From Minisyncoccia bacterium (GTDB lineage: Bacteria > Patescibacteriota > Minisyncoccia > Phycocordibacterales > PALSA-1337), in NCBI GenBank assembly GCA_038211765.1, contig JBBQVG010000002.1, forward strand, positions 1-39,635: a stretch of DNA of 39,635 nucleotides, in the 5' to 3' direction. A model generated the notes under the pieces. It was not told where the DNA came from. It made no database searches and saw only the letters and a program-made list of their open reading frames with translations. Shown here piece after piece: positions 24,672 to 32,954 of the stretch. The position numbers were made by a program, and so were the translations under genes. Within the stretch, counting starts at the first letter, position 1; every line of letters begins with the position of its first letter.

Positions 24672-25976
24672 ATGCAACTCATAAAGAAAATTGTCATATT
24701 CGTACTAACCCTCGAAGCGAGGCTTATTTTGGCCAAGTACAAGCCGACCATCATCGCTGTTACTGGGAGTGTGGGGAAGACATCGACCAAAGATGCTATT
24801 TATACAGTCGTCAAAAATGGCGGTGGCTATGTCCGCAAAAGTGAAAAGAGTTTGAATAGCGATATCGGCCTTCCCCTCACCATCATTGGCATACCCACAG
24901 CCTGGAGAAGTATCGAGGGCTGGGTGTCCAATATTTTCAGAGGACTGGACCTTATAATGAGCCCGCATAATTATCCAGATACTCTTGTCCTCGAGGTTGG
25001 CGCAGACCATCCAGGAGACATTCGTAAACCCGCTCGATGGCTCAAGCCTCATATCGCAATCATCACCCGCATCAGTATGACTCCAGTGCATGTGGAATTT
25101 TTCCATTCACCCGAAGAAGTCTTCGAAGAAAAAGCATCACTGGCAGAATCTGTCAGGAAAGGGGGAACGGTTATTCTCTTTGCCGATGATGAAAAAATAC
25201 TAACTATTGGCGAACGACTAAAGGGAGGGGAGGTGAATATTCTTTGCTTTGGTACTTCAACGACTGCTGATGTCCGCGCTTCCGAATACGCCCCAACCTA
25301 TGAAAATAACGCCCCCTCAGGATTTGCATTCAAAGTAGAGGGAGAAGGGATGTCAGGAAATGTGCAGGTGCGGGGTATTATAGGTACTACGTCTGTTTAC
25401 CCACTCCTTGCCGCGGCTACAGTCGGTAAAGTTCGTGGTATGAGCAGTGAAAAAATAATCTCTTCGCTTTCTGAATACATCGCTCCGCCAGGCCGTATGA
25501 ATATTATTCCTGGTATCAATAATTCCACTATTATTGACGACACCTACAACTCTTCACCTGACGCTGTCGAGTCTGCCCTCGCCACCATGAAGAGTCTTAC
25601 CATCAAAGGTGTTCGTATGGCGGCCCTCGGAGATATGATGGAGCTCGGAAAATACTCTCCAGATGAGCATCGCAAAGCCGGAGCTCTAGCCGCTAAGTCT
25701 GTAAAACAACTCATCACAGTTGGCCCTCGTTCGCGCTCTGGTACGGCAGAGGAGGCTATGAAATCTGGTCTGCCTGTAGGAGCCGTACACTCGTTCACCA
25801 CTGCCCTCGAAGCAGTACCGCGACTTACAGCCCTCATCAGATCGGGAGATATCATCCTGATCAAAGGCTCTCAATCTATGCGCATGGAACGCCTAGTCAA
25901 GGCACTCATGCGAGAACCTGGCAAAGCAGACAAGCTCTTGGTACGGCAGGAGAAAGAGTGGTTGGAGAAACAGTGA
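24672..25976 (+). CDS. murF: UDP-MurNAc-tripeptide--D-Ala-D-Ala ligase
   Basis: P-loop TGSVGKTSTK, DDTYNSSPDAVESAL and ALGDMMELG. These are MurF-type rather than MurE-type, and no DNPR motif is present. Confidence 0.85.
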   Translation: MQLIKKIVIFVLTLEARLILAKYKPTIIAVTGSVGKTSTKDAIYTVVKNGGGYVRKSEKSLNSDIGLPLTIIGIPTAWRSIEGWVSNIFRGLDLIMSPHNYPDTLVLEVGADHPGDIRKPARWLKPHIAIITRISMTPVHVEFFHSPEEVFEEKASLAESVRKGGTVILFADDEKILTIGERLKGGEVNILCFGTSTTADVRASEYAPTYENNAPSGFAFKVEGEGMSGNVQVRGIIGTTSVYPLLAAATVGKVRGMSSEKIISSLSEYIAPPGRMNIIPGINNSTIIDDTYNSSPDAVESALATMKSLTIKGVRMAALGDMMELGKYSPDEHRKAGALAAKSVKQLITVGPRSRSGTAEEAMKSGLPVGAVHSFTTALEAVPRLTALIRSGDIILIKGSQSMRMERLVKALMREPGKADKLLVRQEKEWLEKQ

Positions 25977-26064
25977 AGAGTCCAAAGTGCAAAGTGAAAA
26001 GTTGTGTGATATTCTCACTTATGTTCCAACTTTGCATTTTGAACTTGCAACTTTGAACTAACTT

Positions 26065-26136
26065 GGCCCTATCGTCTATCGGTTAGGACGTCGCCTTCTC
26101 AAGGCGAAAAGCGGGGTTCGATTCCCCGTAGGGCTA
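26065..26136 (+). tRNA. tRNA-Glu (anticodon CUC)
   Basis: Cloverleaf folded by hand. Acceptor GGCCCTA/TAGGGCT (G1-U72), D arm GTCT..GGAC, anticodon arm TCGCC-TTCTCAA-GGCGA, T arm CGGGG-TTCGATT-CCCCG. CCA is not encoded. Confidence 0.9.
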
Positions 26137-26145
26137 CAAACAAGC

Positions 26146-26175
26146 TTGACAAAATAGATTCGACTATGTTATTCT
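26146..26175 (+). promoter_or_regulatory. possible promoter of the cold-shock gene
   Basis: TTGACA (26146..26151), 17-18-nt spacer, TTATTC/TATTCT. Leaves a 5' UTR of about 55 nt. Confidence 0.35.
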
Positions 26176-26232
26176 CATGGACAAGAAAGCGTTGTCGAAT
26201 TTTCTTGCACTATTCATCATCAAACATATTCC

Positions 26233-26433
26233 ATGAAAGGAACAATCAAGACCCTCGTTTCTGATAAAGGATTTGGATTCATCTCTCGCGAAGGCGAGAC
26301 GAAGGACCTCTTCTTTCACTCAAACGATTTGTCAGGTGTTTCATTTGCCGAGCTACATGTCGGCGATGTTGTCACCTTCGAGGTAGTCGATGGCCAAAAG
26401 GGCCCGAATGCCAAGAACGTAGCACGCGGTTAA
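26233..26433 (+). CDS. cold-shock protein (CspA family)
   Basis: KGFGFI (RNP1) and LFFHS (RNP2-like). 66 aa. Confidence 0.95.
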   Translation: MKGTIKTLVSDKGFGFISREGETKDLFFHSNDLSGVSFAELHVGDVVTFEVVDGQKGPNAKNVARG

Positions 26434-26451
26434 TACCGTCTGCTCGCAAAA

Positions 26452-26481
26452 ACATCCCACTTCGGTGGGGTGTTTTTGTTT
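26452..26481 (+). terminator. rho-independent terminator after csp
   Basis: ACATCCCAC-ttcg-GTGGGGTGT (one G-U pair) followed by TTTTTGTTT. Confidence 0.8.
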
Positions 26482-26558
26482 GCATCAACAAACCGGCACC
26501 ACCCATCATTTCAAACGTGAGTGCTATGAATTGTCCTAGGTGTGATAGAATTAACCGC

Positions 26559-27203
26559 ATGAAGCAATCTCGCTTTGATAACTTCTCAGATGGTATCTTC
26601 GCCATCATCCTCACACTCCTTGCCTTTGAGCTCCGCGTTCCCACACTGAGCGGGATAGTAAGCGAACAGCAGATCATCCTGGCACTCATAGATATCAGTC
26701 CTGTTATTGTGAGCTTCATCCTCAGTTTCGCACTCATATATACGTATTGGCGGGCACATCATTTTATCGCCACAGTCTATGCAAAAAATATCGATAGACG
26801 TCTGACCAGTATCAACGCTTTCTTTTTCTTCTTTATCTGTCTTATTCCATTCTCCACCCGACTTCTCGGGGAATATGGCTACACAGAAACTGCTATCTGG
26901 GTCTATGGACTCAATATTGCTTTCATCAGCCTTTCACTCATATGGATGCGCTGGCATGTATTTTCTTCTGGCAATATCGACCACGCACGAGTCTCCGAAG
27001 AAGAACTCAAAAGGGGACATCTACGATTGCTCCTGCCACTTATCGCCGTTGTCATCGCTATTGCCGTTAGTTATATAAATACACGTTATTCATTTGCATT
27101 CTTTGTCTTTGCAATTCTTTTCAATATCGTGCCGGGTAGTATGTCAGTAGCCACTCATGTTATCGAAACTGTTCAGGATAAGGTATCTGGGATGGGGAAG
27201 TAG
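26559..27203 (+). CDS. TMEM175/DUF1211-family membrane protein (putative K+ channel)
   Basis: Signature RFDNFSDGIFAIILTLLAFEL plus about six TM helices. Start uncertain (GTG 26517, ATG 26526, ATG 26559). Confidence 0.8.
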   Translation: MKQSRFDNFSDGIFAIILTLLAFELRVPTLSGIVSEQQIILALIDISPVIVSFILSFALIYTYWRAHHFIATVYAKNIDRRLTSINAFFFFFICLIPFSTRLLGEYGYTETAIWVYGLNIAFISLSLIWMRWHVFSSGNIDHARVSEEELKRGHLRLLLPLIAVVIAIAVSYINTRYSFAFFVFAILFNIVPGSMSVATHVIETVQDKVSGMGK

Positions 27204-27211
27204 GTCTGCGC

Positions 27212-27254
27212 ATAAAAAGTTTCGCCCCGACACTATCTGCATAGCGCGGGGCGA
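27212..27254 (-). terminator. terminator between convergent genes (T-tract on the minus strand)
   Basis: TCGCCCCG (27222..27229) pairs with CGGGGCGA (27247..27254). The minus strand continues AAACTTTTTAT. Confidence 0.55.
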
Positions 27255-27276
27255 GGGTGATCGGAAGAGCTATCAG

Positions 27277-27654
27277 TCAATCGCGTGGAACAACTGGCTC
27301 TGACAAGCAGAGAATCCGACGAACTGTCGCCGGAACCTCATGTTTGTATTGCACCTCATCGGTGCAACCAAGACTCATTTGAAGTCTGCGGGTGTGCGGG
27401 TTGCTAGATGCAGCAACCACCGGACCGTCGTACGATCGCTTAATGTGGCGAAGGGCGATCTGAAAATCGCCGGCGGCGCCGTAGTCACCATCCATCACGA
27501 TGATGTCTGGGGGCGGCGACATGGAATCGAACTTCTCGATTGCGTCATTGCCGCCTACTGCGCAGATCGCTTCGATTCCGGACCGCAGAAGGTGAAACCC
27601 CCACATGTCCAAATGTTCTGGTTCGTCCTCAATTAAAAGAACTATTCTTCTCAC
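27277..27654 (-). CDS. stand-alone CheY-like receiver domain protein
   Basis: RRIVLLIEDEP, DIIVMDGD (candidate phospho-Asp), VVAASS and a late Lys. GTG 27654 preceded by AAAGGAAAC gives 125 aa. The 44-aa extension to 27786 is hydrophobic, AT-rich and overlaps the divergent gene. Confidence 0.65.
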   Translation of the reverse strand: MRRIVLLIEDEPEHLDMWGFHLLRSGIEAICAVGGNDAIEKFDSMSPPPDIIVMDGDYGAAGDFQIALRHIKRSYDGPVVAASSNPHTRRLQMSLGCTDEVQYKHEVPATVRRILCLSEPVVPRD

Positions 27655-27767
27655 AGGTTTCCTTTCGTTTTTGAATTGTTGTACTTTCTGATTAACTATT
27701 GTATTATAGCACGTATCAACCACTGGGTCAATATCCTTATTAGTAAGAAGGTATATAATACAAACAT

Positions 27768-28496
27768 ATGACAAAAACAGGCCCAAAATACAGCGTTATA
27801 GCGGTTGTTACATTACTCTTACTCATAAGCGGCGTTTTTCATTCAGTTGTTCATGCTCAGGTTTACACACCATACGCCGCTGGTTATTCTGACCCGTATG
27901 CCGCTTCTTATTATAGTGCTTACACTGGATATGCTGGCGGAGCATACTCACAATATCAGTACCCCTCGTATTCATATCCTACTTATTACTCGAACAACTA
28001 TAGCTACCCTTCGACATACAGTCAGTCATATCCTGCATACAACAACGGTTGGACATCATCCTACAGTCAACCGACGTATTCACAGTATCAATATCCTCAA
28101 TATCAAAACCAATACCAGACTCCGTCATATCAGTACCAGTATCCGTCATACCCATACCCGACATATCAGTATCCTCAGTCTTACGATCTTCCACTGACCG
28201 TAAGTTGTGCACCAACTCTTTCTACGATCGAAGTTGGTAATCCTGTTACCTGGTCTGCGAGTGCATACGGCGGAGTGGGGAGCTCGCCTTATAGCTCGGG
28301 ACATAACTACACCTTTGCCTGGACCGGAGAGAGTATAGTCCCTCGCAACGCAAATCTCGCTACTGCCTACTACCTCTCACCTGGAGTAAAGACCGCAACA
28401 GTTACTGTCTACTCCGATGGTCAGACCGCAACGCAAAACTGTGGCACAGTCTTTGTTAGTGGCCGATACATTCCATCACTCTGGGGAGCGTACTAA
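27768..28496 (+). CDS. secreted protein: signal peptide, Tyr/Ser/Gln/Pro low-complexity domain, C-terminal Ig/PKD-like domain
   Basis: Signal peptide ending VHAQ. 34 Tyr in 107 residues (hand count). The C-terminal beta-rich domain reads LTVSCAPTLSTIEVGNPVTWSASAYGG...TATVTVYSDGQTATQNCGTVFV. Confidence 0.75.
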   Translation: MTKTGPKYSVIAVVTLLLLISGVFHSVVHAQVYTPYAAGYSDPYAASYYSAYTGYAGGAYSQYQYPSYSYPTYYSNNYSYPSTYSQSYPAYNNGWTSSYSQPTYSQYQYPQYQNQYQTPSYQYQYPSYPYPTYQYPQSYDLPLTVSCAPTLSTIEVGNPVTWSASAYGGVGSSPYSSGHNYTFAWTGESIVPRNANLATAYYLSPGVKTATVTVYSDGQTATQNCGTVFVSGRYIPSLWGAY

Positions 28497-28504
28497 CTAT
28501 ATTA

Positions 28505-31500
28505 CTACAACCCCTTCACTCTCTCGATCACGAAACTCTTTTCACCATTTCGGGTATTGACTGTTGCTTTCATTGCCAAACATTTGTCTTGGAGAATAAG
28601 TGCTTTGTATTCTTTGTATGCGCGGGGGAAGACCACGGCCTCAGATGAGCCCGAGAAATCGGCGACAGTGATGAAAGCCATGGTTTCATTATTTTTCGTT
28701 TGTACCAGGCGCACTTCGTTGATAATACCGGCGACAATAACAGACGCGCCGTCTTTGATCTCGGCCAAGGCCTTTTTTATATTCATATCTTTCTTTGTAA
28801 TGATGTCGCGATAACGATCGAGTGGGTGGCCAGAGATATACAAACCGAGAAGCTCCTTTTCCCAAGCAAGTTTGTCCTTCTGCTCGGCCACAGGAGCATC
28901 AACCAATTTTAAGGTAGGCACTGATGAAGTGTCTGCCATCATGCCGAAAAGCGAATCTTGATCTGTGTGCTTGTCTCCGCTCTCTCGATTGTATTCCTGC
29001 ATCAAGTCCATGTTAGCAAGCATCACTCCGCGATCCACTCCAAAACAATCCATAGCTCCGGATTTGATGAGGGCTTCCAAGGATTTCTTGTTGAGGTTTC
29101 GATCCTTGACCCGGTCGAGAAAGTCCGCCAGAGACGTGTACTTGCCACCCTTTTTGCGCTCGTCAATAATCGCTGTCGAGACGCCCTGACCAAAGTTCTT
29201 GATAGTCACCAGACCGAAGCGGATACGATAGGTAGCGCGGCGGTGTGTTGATGTAGAATCATCCCCCTCAGGGTGAATATTCTGAGGACTCTCTTTGATA
29301 ACTGTAAACTGACTGTAACTTTCATTTACATCTGGTGCCAAAACAGGAATGTCCATACGTTTACATTCGACGATCGTCTCGGCGATCCTGTCAGTATCGC
29401 CAGAATCAGCAGAAAGCACTGCTGACAAATATATTTCCGGATAGTGAGCTTTGAGATACGCTGTGATGTAAGCTACGCGACCATAGGAAACCGAGTGAGC
29501 CTTGTTGAAACCATAGGCAGCGAATGGCTCTATCCATTTCCAGATTTCCTTTGCTTTCTTTTCTGACCACTTGCTATGAGTGATACAACCCTTGATGAAT
29601 TTTTCCTTCTGCTTGGCCATTTCCTCGGGGATTTTCTTTCCCACAGCTTTGCGGAATTTGTCTACTTCGATCCAGCTATATCCAGCGAGGTCATGTGCCA
29701 TCATTAGCAGATCGTCCTGATAAACAAGCACGCCGTAGGTCTTTTTGAGAATACGCTCAAGTGCCGGATCAAGATATTTGATCAATGAAGAGTCATGCTT
29801 ACGAGCGATGTATTCTGGGATAAACTGAATAGGACCTGGACGATACAATGCAACCATAGCATTGATATCATGGATAGTAGTAGGTTTGAGTTCCTTGAGA
29901 AACCTCGTCATACCGTCGCCGTTCAACTGAAAGAGGTCAGATGTTTCGCCGCGCGCAAGCATCTCAAAAGTCTGAGTGTCATTGACTGGAAGATTGTCGA
30001 CGTCTACGTTGATACCATCGATCTTGCTTACGCGGGCAACAGTGTCGGCGATGATGGACAAGTTTTTTAGTCCCAAGAAGTCGAACTTCAGAAGTCCAGC
30101 TTCTTCGATGGAGTACATATCGTACTGAGTAATAACCTTACCTTCTCCCTTGGGATCGAACTGTAGTGGAGTAAAGTCGGTAAGGGCTGTAGGGGAAACG
30201 ACTACACCTGCGGCATGAACACCGATGTGACGTGCACAACCCTCGATCTTCTTTGCCATATCGATGATCCGGCGTGTGTCTGGTTCATTTTGATATATAG
30301 AACGGAGTTCGGTAACTTCCTCGAGCGCGCGGTCTATGGTCATAGGGAATCCTTGTGCACCCATGGGAATGAGTTTGGAGATACGATCACCGACTTCATA
30401 GGGGAATCCCATAGCTCGCGCAACATCGCGAACAGATCCGCGGGCCATCATTGTGCCGAAGGTTCCGATCTGGGCAACTTTGTCTGCACCATATTTCTGA
30501 CGAACATAGTCGATAACCTCATCACGACGATCGTCGGCATAGTCCATGTCGATATCTGGAGCCGAAGGGCGATCTGGGTTGAGAAAGCGCTCGAAGGGAA
30601 TCTCGTACTCGAGCGGATCGATATTGGTTATGCCAGCAAGATAGGTCACCATAGATCCGGAGACGGAACCGCGAATGTTGGACAGGATGCCGTTTTCGCG
30701 TGCAAAGCGTAGCATGTCGGCCACAACCAAAAAGTAGGGGGAATAACCTTTGTCTTTGATAACTTTGAGCTCATAGTCAGCGCGAGCAACAATCTCTGCT
30801 GTCTTCTCGACATTTCTCCGAGCAAATCCTTCATAGACAACGTGACGCAACTCCTCATCTGGAGTCTTGCCGCTTTCGATCACAAGGCCAGGGAAGACCC
30901 ATTTGCCCAATTCTAGATCGAGGTTGCAGAGATCGGCGATCTTTGCAGAATTTTCTATAGCCTCAGGCATATCGCGGAACATCTCTTCGGCACGTTCTGC
31001 TGAAATAAATGAAAAATCATCCTCGTCGTTCTCGGCCACTCGCTCGGACCCGTCGCCGTGTGAATTTACACGAACCAATGTCTCTCGCGCAAAGCGATCT
31101 TCCGGTTTGAGATAATAAACATCGTGCGCCGCTACAATGGGAATATTCTCTGCCTTGGCAAACTCTGCCAGGACTTTCATCGAGGATTCATGTCCATCGA
31201 TCTCCGGGTGTCGTGTGATCTCGATATAAAATCTATCTCCATATACTTTTTTATAAAACGCCGCCCACTCGCGTGCCTTGTCGGGATTGCGACCTTTCAC
31301 CGCCTGTGCAATCTCGCCAGAAAATGACGGGCTGATAGCGATCAGACCCTGTGCGTGCTCCTGGATAAGCTCGCGGTCAAGGCGAGGCTTGTAATAGAAA
31401 CCTTCGAGATGAGATCGTGTGACCAACTTGACCAGATTTCTGTAACCCACTTCGTTCATCGCTAGAAGTACCAGACGAGTGCGGCGACTATCGACACCGG

Positions 31501-31741
31501 CCTGTACGTCTTTTCGAGTACGCGCCGCCACGTAGAAATCTACACCGAGAATTGGTTTTATTTCTTTCTTTTTGCATGCCGAATAGAACTCGATGGCTCC
31601 GTAGAGATTGCCGTTATCAGTGAGCGCTAGACTGGTCATCCCGAGCTTTTTTGCCTCTCCAACGAGCTGGTCTATCTTGGGCAGGGCAGCAAGCAGGGAA
31701 TAGTGAGAGTGGGTATGGAGGTGGGTAAAGCGGCTAGACAT
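28505..31741 (-). CDS. dnaE: DNA polymerase III alpha subunit
   Basis: PHP domain HLHTHSHYSLL, polymerase core GLLKFDFLGL and a C-terminal OB fold. 1078 aa. Confidence 0.97.
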   Translation of the reverse strand: MSSRFTHLHTHSHYSLLAALPKIDQLVGEAKKLGMTSLALTDNGNLYGAIEFYSACKKKEIKPILGVDFYVAARTRKDVQAGVDSRRTRLVLLAMNEVGYRNLVKLVTRSHLEGFYYKPRLDRELIQEHAQGLIAISPSFSGEIAQAVKGRNPDKAREWAAFYKKVYGDRFYIEITRHPEIDGHESSMKVLAEFAKAENIPIVAAHDVYYLKPEDRFARETLVRVNSHGDGSERVAENDEDDFSFISAERAEEMFRDMPEAIENSAKIADLCNLDLELGKWVFPGLVIESGKTPDEELRHVVYEGFARRNVEKTAEIVARADYELKVIKDKGYSPYFLVVADMLRFARENGILSNIRGSVSGSMVTYLAGITNIDPLEYEIPFERFLNPDRPSAPDIDMDYADDRRDEVIDYVRQKYGADKVAQIGTFGTMMARGSVRDVARAMGFPYEVGDRISKLIPMGAQGFPMTIDRALEEVTELRSIYQNEPDTRRIIDMAKKIEGCARHIGVHAAGVVVSPTALTDFTPLQFDPKGEGKVITQYDMYSIEEAGLLKFDFLGLKNLSIIADTVARVSKIDGINVDVDNLPVNDTQTFEMLARGETSDLFQLNGDGMTRFLKELKPTTIHDINAMVALYRPGPIQFIPEYIARKHDSSLIKYLDPALERILKKTYGVLVYQDDLLMMAHDLAGYSWIEVDKFRKAVGKKIPEEMAKQKEKFIKGCITHSKWSEKKAKEIWKWIEPFAAYGFNKAHSVSYGRVAYITAYLKAHYPEIYLSAVLSADSGDTDRIAETIVECKRMDIPVLAPDVNESYSQFTVIKESPQNIHPEGDDSTSTHRRATYRIRFGLVTIKNFGQGVSTAIIDERKKGGKYTSLADFLDRVKDRNLNKKSLEALIKSGAMDCFGVDRGVMLANMDLMQEYNRESGDKHTDQDSLFGMMADTSSVPTLKLVDAPVAEQKDKLAWEKELLGLYISGHPLDRYRDIITKKDMNIKKALAEIKDGASVIVAGIINEVRLVQTKNNETMAFITVADFSGSSEAVVFPRAYKEYKALILQDKCLAMKATVNTRNGEKSFVIERVKGL

Positions 31742-31809
31742 AGTTAGAGTATATCAAACATAGACAAAAGGCGTAGATTGTACGATAAATGTATTTCGGA
31801 GCATGCCCC

Positions 31810-31837
31810 TTGACATATTTCTATATTGTGCTAGAAA
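31810..31837 (+). promoter_or_regulatory. promoter with -35 and extended -10
   Basis: TTGACA (31810..31815), 16-nt spacer ending TGc, TAGAAA (31832..31837). SD-like AAGGGGAG at 31906..31913. Confidence 0.5.
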
Positions 31838-31926
31838 TACACCAGGTTTGCTATTTGTTCGGTTTATAAGGATGCCTTGAGGTATTCTACGAAAAAGTGG
31901 CAAAAAAGGGGAGTTAAAAGCTGAAT

Positions 31927-32808
31927 ATGAAAAAGTTGTTGTTAGCCCTATGTGGGCTTCTAGTCATCGTGTCCGCACCGGTTCATGCCGCAACGGAAAG
32001 TCTGTACAATGCACGTATCTGGGCAGTTCCCGGCTACGTCCGCGCCAACACAAACGCATTCGAGCAGTGGTCAACCAATCTGTTGAGCGAGCTCCTGCTT
32101 ACCGATGGGTTCTCGAACAAGTTTGGCCACGCTCTGGCCTCAACCAATGTGATGCAGCCGACGAGTACCCCAACCAACATGGGCATCTGGTATATCGCTC
32201 ACATCGCGGCGAAGTCGCCGGCGCACCGATTCCGCTTGTCTAACATGAAGGCGGTCATCCGTACATCGGACCCCGGCAATATACTGAGGAGCACCAACGA
32301 GCTCAATGCAGCAAACGTAACCTTCACCAAGCGGGTGATAGGCATTCAGTGGAATGGTGCACCCCGTAGTGCGGACCGTATTCTCGACTCACAAGGCGAT
32401 GGAAACCTTGCCGACGTAGATGTCGACGAAGCTATGGTTCTGATGATCCAGAGCAAATACTTCAACCACGCAAGCCAGGAAGACCGGGATGCTATCAATG
32501 CATTCATTTACGGTTTTCCCAACTGGCAAGAGACCTGCACGATCGCACTCAACGGCGACGGTGGAGTACTGGCAAGCGCAGTCAAGACGCTCGAGACGAA
32601 GCGGACGCCGCTTCTTCCGATCATCAACCTGACGGCGAACGCGACGGACGTGACCATCGGACTCAACCTCGAAGGTTTGAACAGCGTTCTGCTTTACACT
32701 CGACCGAAGGTGACTGCCAAGTGGCAGCTACTCTCGACTGGTAACGCCGGCGACACCTTCACTCGCCCAGCAGGTGACCAAGGTTACTACCAAGCCTTCC
32801 TGCAGTAA
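31927..32808 (+). CDS. secreted hypothetical protein (ORFan)
   Basis: Signal peptide MKKLLLALCGLLVIVSAPVHA|A. 293 aa. Visibly G+C-richer than its neighbours. Has its own promoter, SD and terminator. No family recognised. Confidence 0.75.
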   Translation: MKKLLLALCGLLVIVSAPVHAATESLYNARIWAVPGYVRANTNAFEQWSTNLLSELLLTDGFSNKFGHALASTNVMQPTSTPTNMGIWYIAHIAAKSPAHRFRLSNMKAVIRTSDPGNILRSTNELNAANVTFTKRVIGIQWNGAPRSADRILDSQGDGNLADVDVDEAMVLMIQSKYFNHASQEDRDAINAFIYGFPNWQETCTIALNGDGGVLASAVKTLETKRTPLLPIINLTANATDVTIGLNLEGLNSVLLYTRPKVTAKWQLLSTGNAGDTFTRPAGDQGYYQAFLQ

Positions 32809-32834
32809 GGCAACTGATTGGTAATTCTCACAAT

Positions 32835-32870
32835 GCGCCCGCTTCTCTGGAAGTGGGCGCTTTTTCTTAT
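32835..32870 (+). terminator. rho-independent terminator
   Basis: GCGCCCGCTTC-tctg-GAAGTGGGCGC (one G-U pair) followed by TTTTTCTTAT. Confidence 0.8.
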
Positions 32871-32876
32871 ATACTC

Positions 32877-32905
32877 TTGACTTCTACACTCAAAAGTAGT
32901 AGGGT
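32877..32905 (+). promoter_or_regulatory. possible promoter
   Basis: TTGACT (32877..32882), 17-nt spacer, TAGGGT (32900..32905). Confidence 0.4.
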
Positions 32906-32954
32906 TTGCTGGTCTAAGAATACAAGACATTATTTATCAGAAATAAGCAAATAT

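Noticed and set aside
27655-27786. 44-aa N-terminal extension of the receiver-domain ORF.
   Set aside because: It is hydrophobic, AT-rich sequence that overlaps the divergent gene start at 27768. Receiver domains start right at the RRIVLLIEDE strand, and a GTG with an SD-like tract is available at 27654.
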